A DNA stretch of 32,000 bases from contig JBMYVL010000001.1 in assembly GCA_049606355.1 (NCBI GenBank), positions 230,299-262,298 of the forward strand, written 5' to 3'. This stretch comes from Opitutales bacterium (lineage in GTDB: Bacteria > Verrucomicrobiota > Verrucomicrobiia > Opitutales > Coraliomargaritaceae). Below the pieces are notes generated by a model. The model did no database searches and was not told where the DNA came from. It worked only from the letters and a program-made list of their open reading frames with translations. Made by a program: the position numbers and the translations under genes. This document shows, piece by piece, positions 31,667 to 32,000 of the stretch (position 1 is the first letter of the stretch; each line of letters starts with the position of its first letter).

Positions 31667-32000
31667 TTAGTTGTAGGTGGATCCGGAATCACCGGCACTG
31701 GTACCACCCGCGGGGATGCCGCCACCACTGGAGCGGGTCGAGCCACCCACGGTTTGGGCTGTAGTGCTGACACTCTTTTGTACCTTGGCTTGCGCCTGCA
31801 CGGCACTGGGGACCGAACCCGCGGGTTGCGGACGGACCGAGGCGATGGTTGCCTGCACGGTCGCCAGAGGAACACCGGCGGCAAGGGCCTTGGCTTTGGC
31901 AGCTGCCACTGCGGACGCAGTGGTCGCATCCAGCAATTCTTCCTGGAGAACCAGCACTGCAGCGGCGACCGGATCGGCGGCTTGTGTGGCAGCGGCACTG
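31667..32000 (-). CDS. C-terminal part of an Ala/Gly/Ser/Thr-rich hypothetical protein; 5' end lies outside the window
   Basis: The frame stays open to the window edge (...SAATQAADPVAAAVLVLQEELLDATTASAVAAAKAKALAAGVPLATVQ...GGSTRSSGGGIPAGGTSAGDSGSTYN*). The codon pattern is RNY-like and it is followed by a strong terminator. The competing ORF 31543-31998 runs through that terminator. Confidence 0.55.
   Translation of the reverse strand, partial: SAAATQAADPVAAAVLVLQEELLDATTASAVAAAKAKALAAGVPLATVQATIASVRPQPAGSVPSAVQAQAKVQKSVSTTAQTVGGSTRSSGGGIPAGGTSAGDSGSTYN

Noticed and set aside
30231-31670. 479-aa ORF on the plus strand, antisense to prmC and prfA and running through the prfA upstream region
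   Set aside because: It lies exactly opposite a highly conserved gene whose own motifs (GGQ, PVT) are intact. Its translation is Arg/His/Leu-rich with no recognisable domain, which is typical of a shadow ORF in GC-rich DNA. It also passes through the minus-strand terminator. Only Ribo-seq or proteomics could revive it.

Overview
GC-rich, densely packed bacterial chromosomal segment with 28 CDS on both strands. I found no rRNA, tRNA, CRISPR array, transposase, integrase or prophage signal. Nearly all large ORFs are recognisable housekeeping genes. In order they are: a 5'-truncated ZnuD-like TonB-dependent receptor, a Fur-family regulator, a MerC-like membrane protein, DUF5069, polyprenyl-PP synthase, YbfF-like esterase, MutS, an MFS transporter, a Y-family polymerase, FtsK, GrpE-DnaJ-PurN-PrmA, a RodZ-like protein, an nfeD(long)-nfeD(short)-floA-unknown operon, an aldose-epimerase-like protein, TrkA-TrkH, ferredoxin, rhomboid plus an S41 tail-specific protease, PrfA-PrmC, and a partial Ala/Gly/Ser-rich protein. 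Start codons are mostly not preceded by Shine-Dalgarno sequences. Gene content suggests a PVC/Verrucomicrobia-like organism, but this is inference only. I do not see a convincing novel multi-gene system such as a defence island or mobile element. The points most worth a second look are: (1) a metal-homeostasis cluster whose receptor has His/Glu-rich inserts, with a repeated T-rich word (CTTTYGTTTWAC) forming a 27-bp palindrome in front of the Fur-family gene and recurring upstream of the merC-like gene; (2) a GC-hairpin plus CACAATTTA element recurring just upstream of the grpE, ftsK (partial), rodZ-like and unknown-gene starts; (3) the double-NfeD/FloA operon with an uncharacterised membrane-anchored fourth gene. 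The long antisense ORFs are judged to be shadow ORFs.
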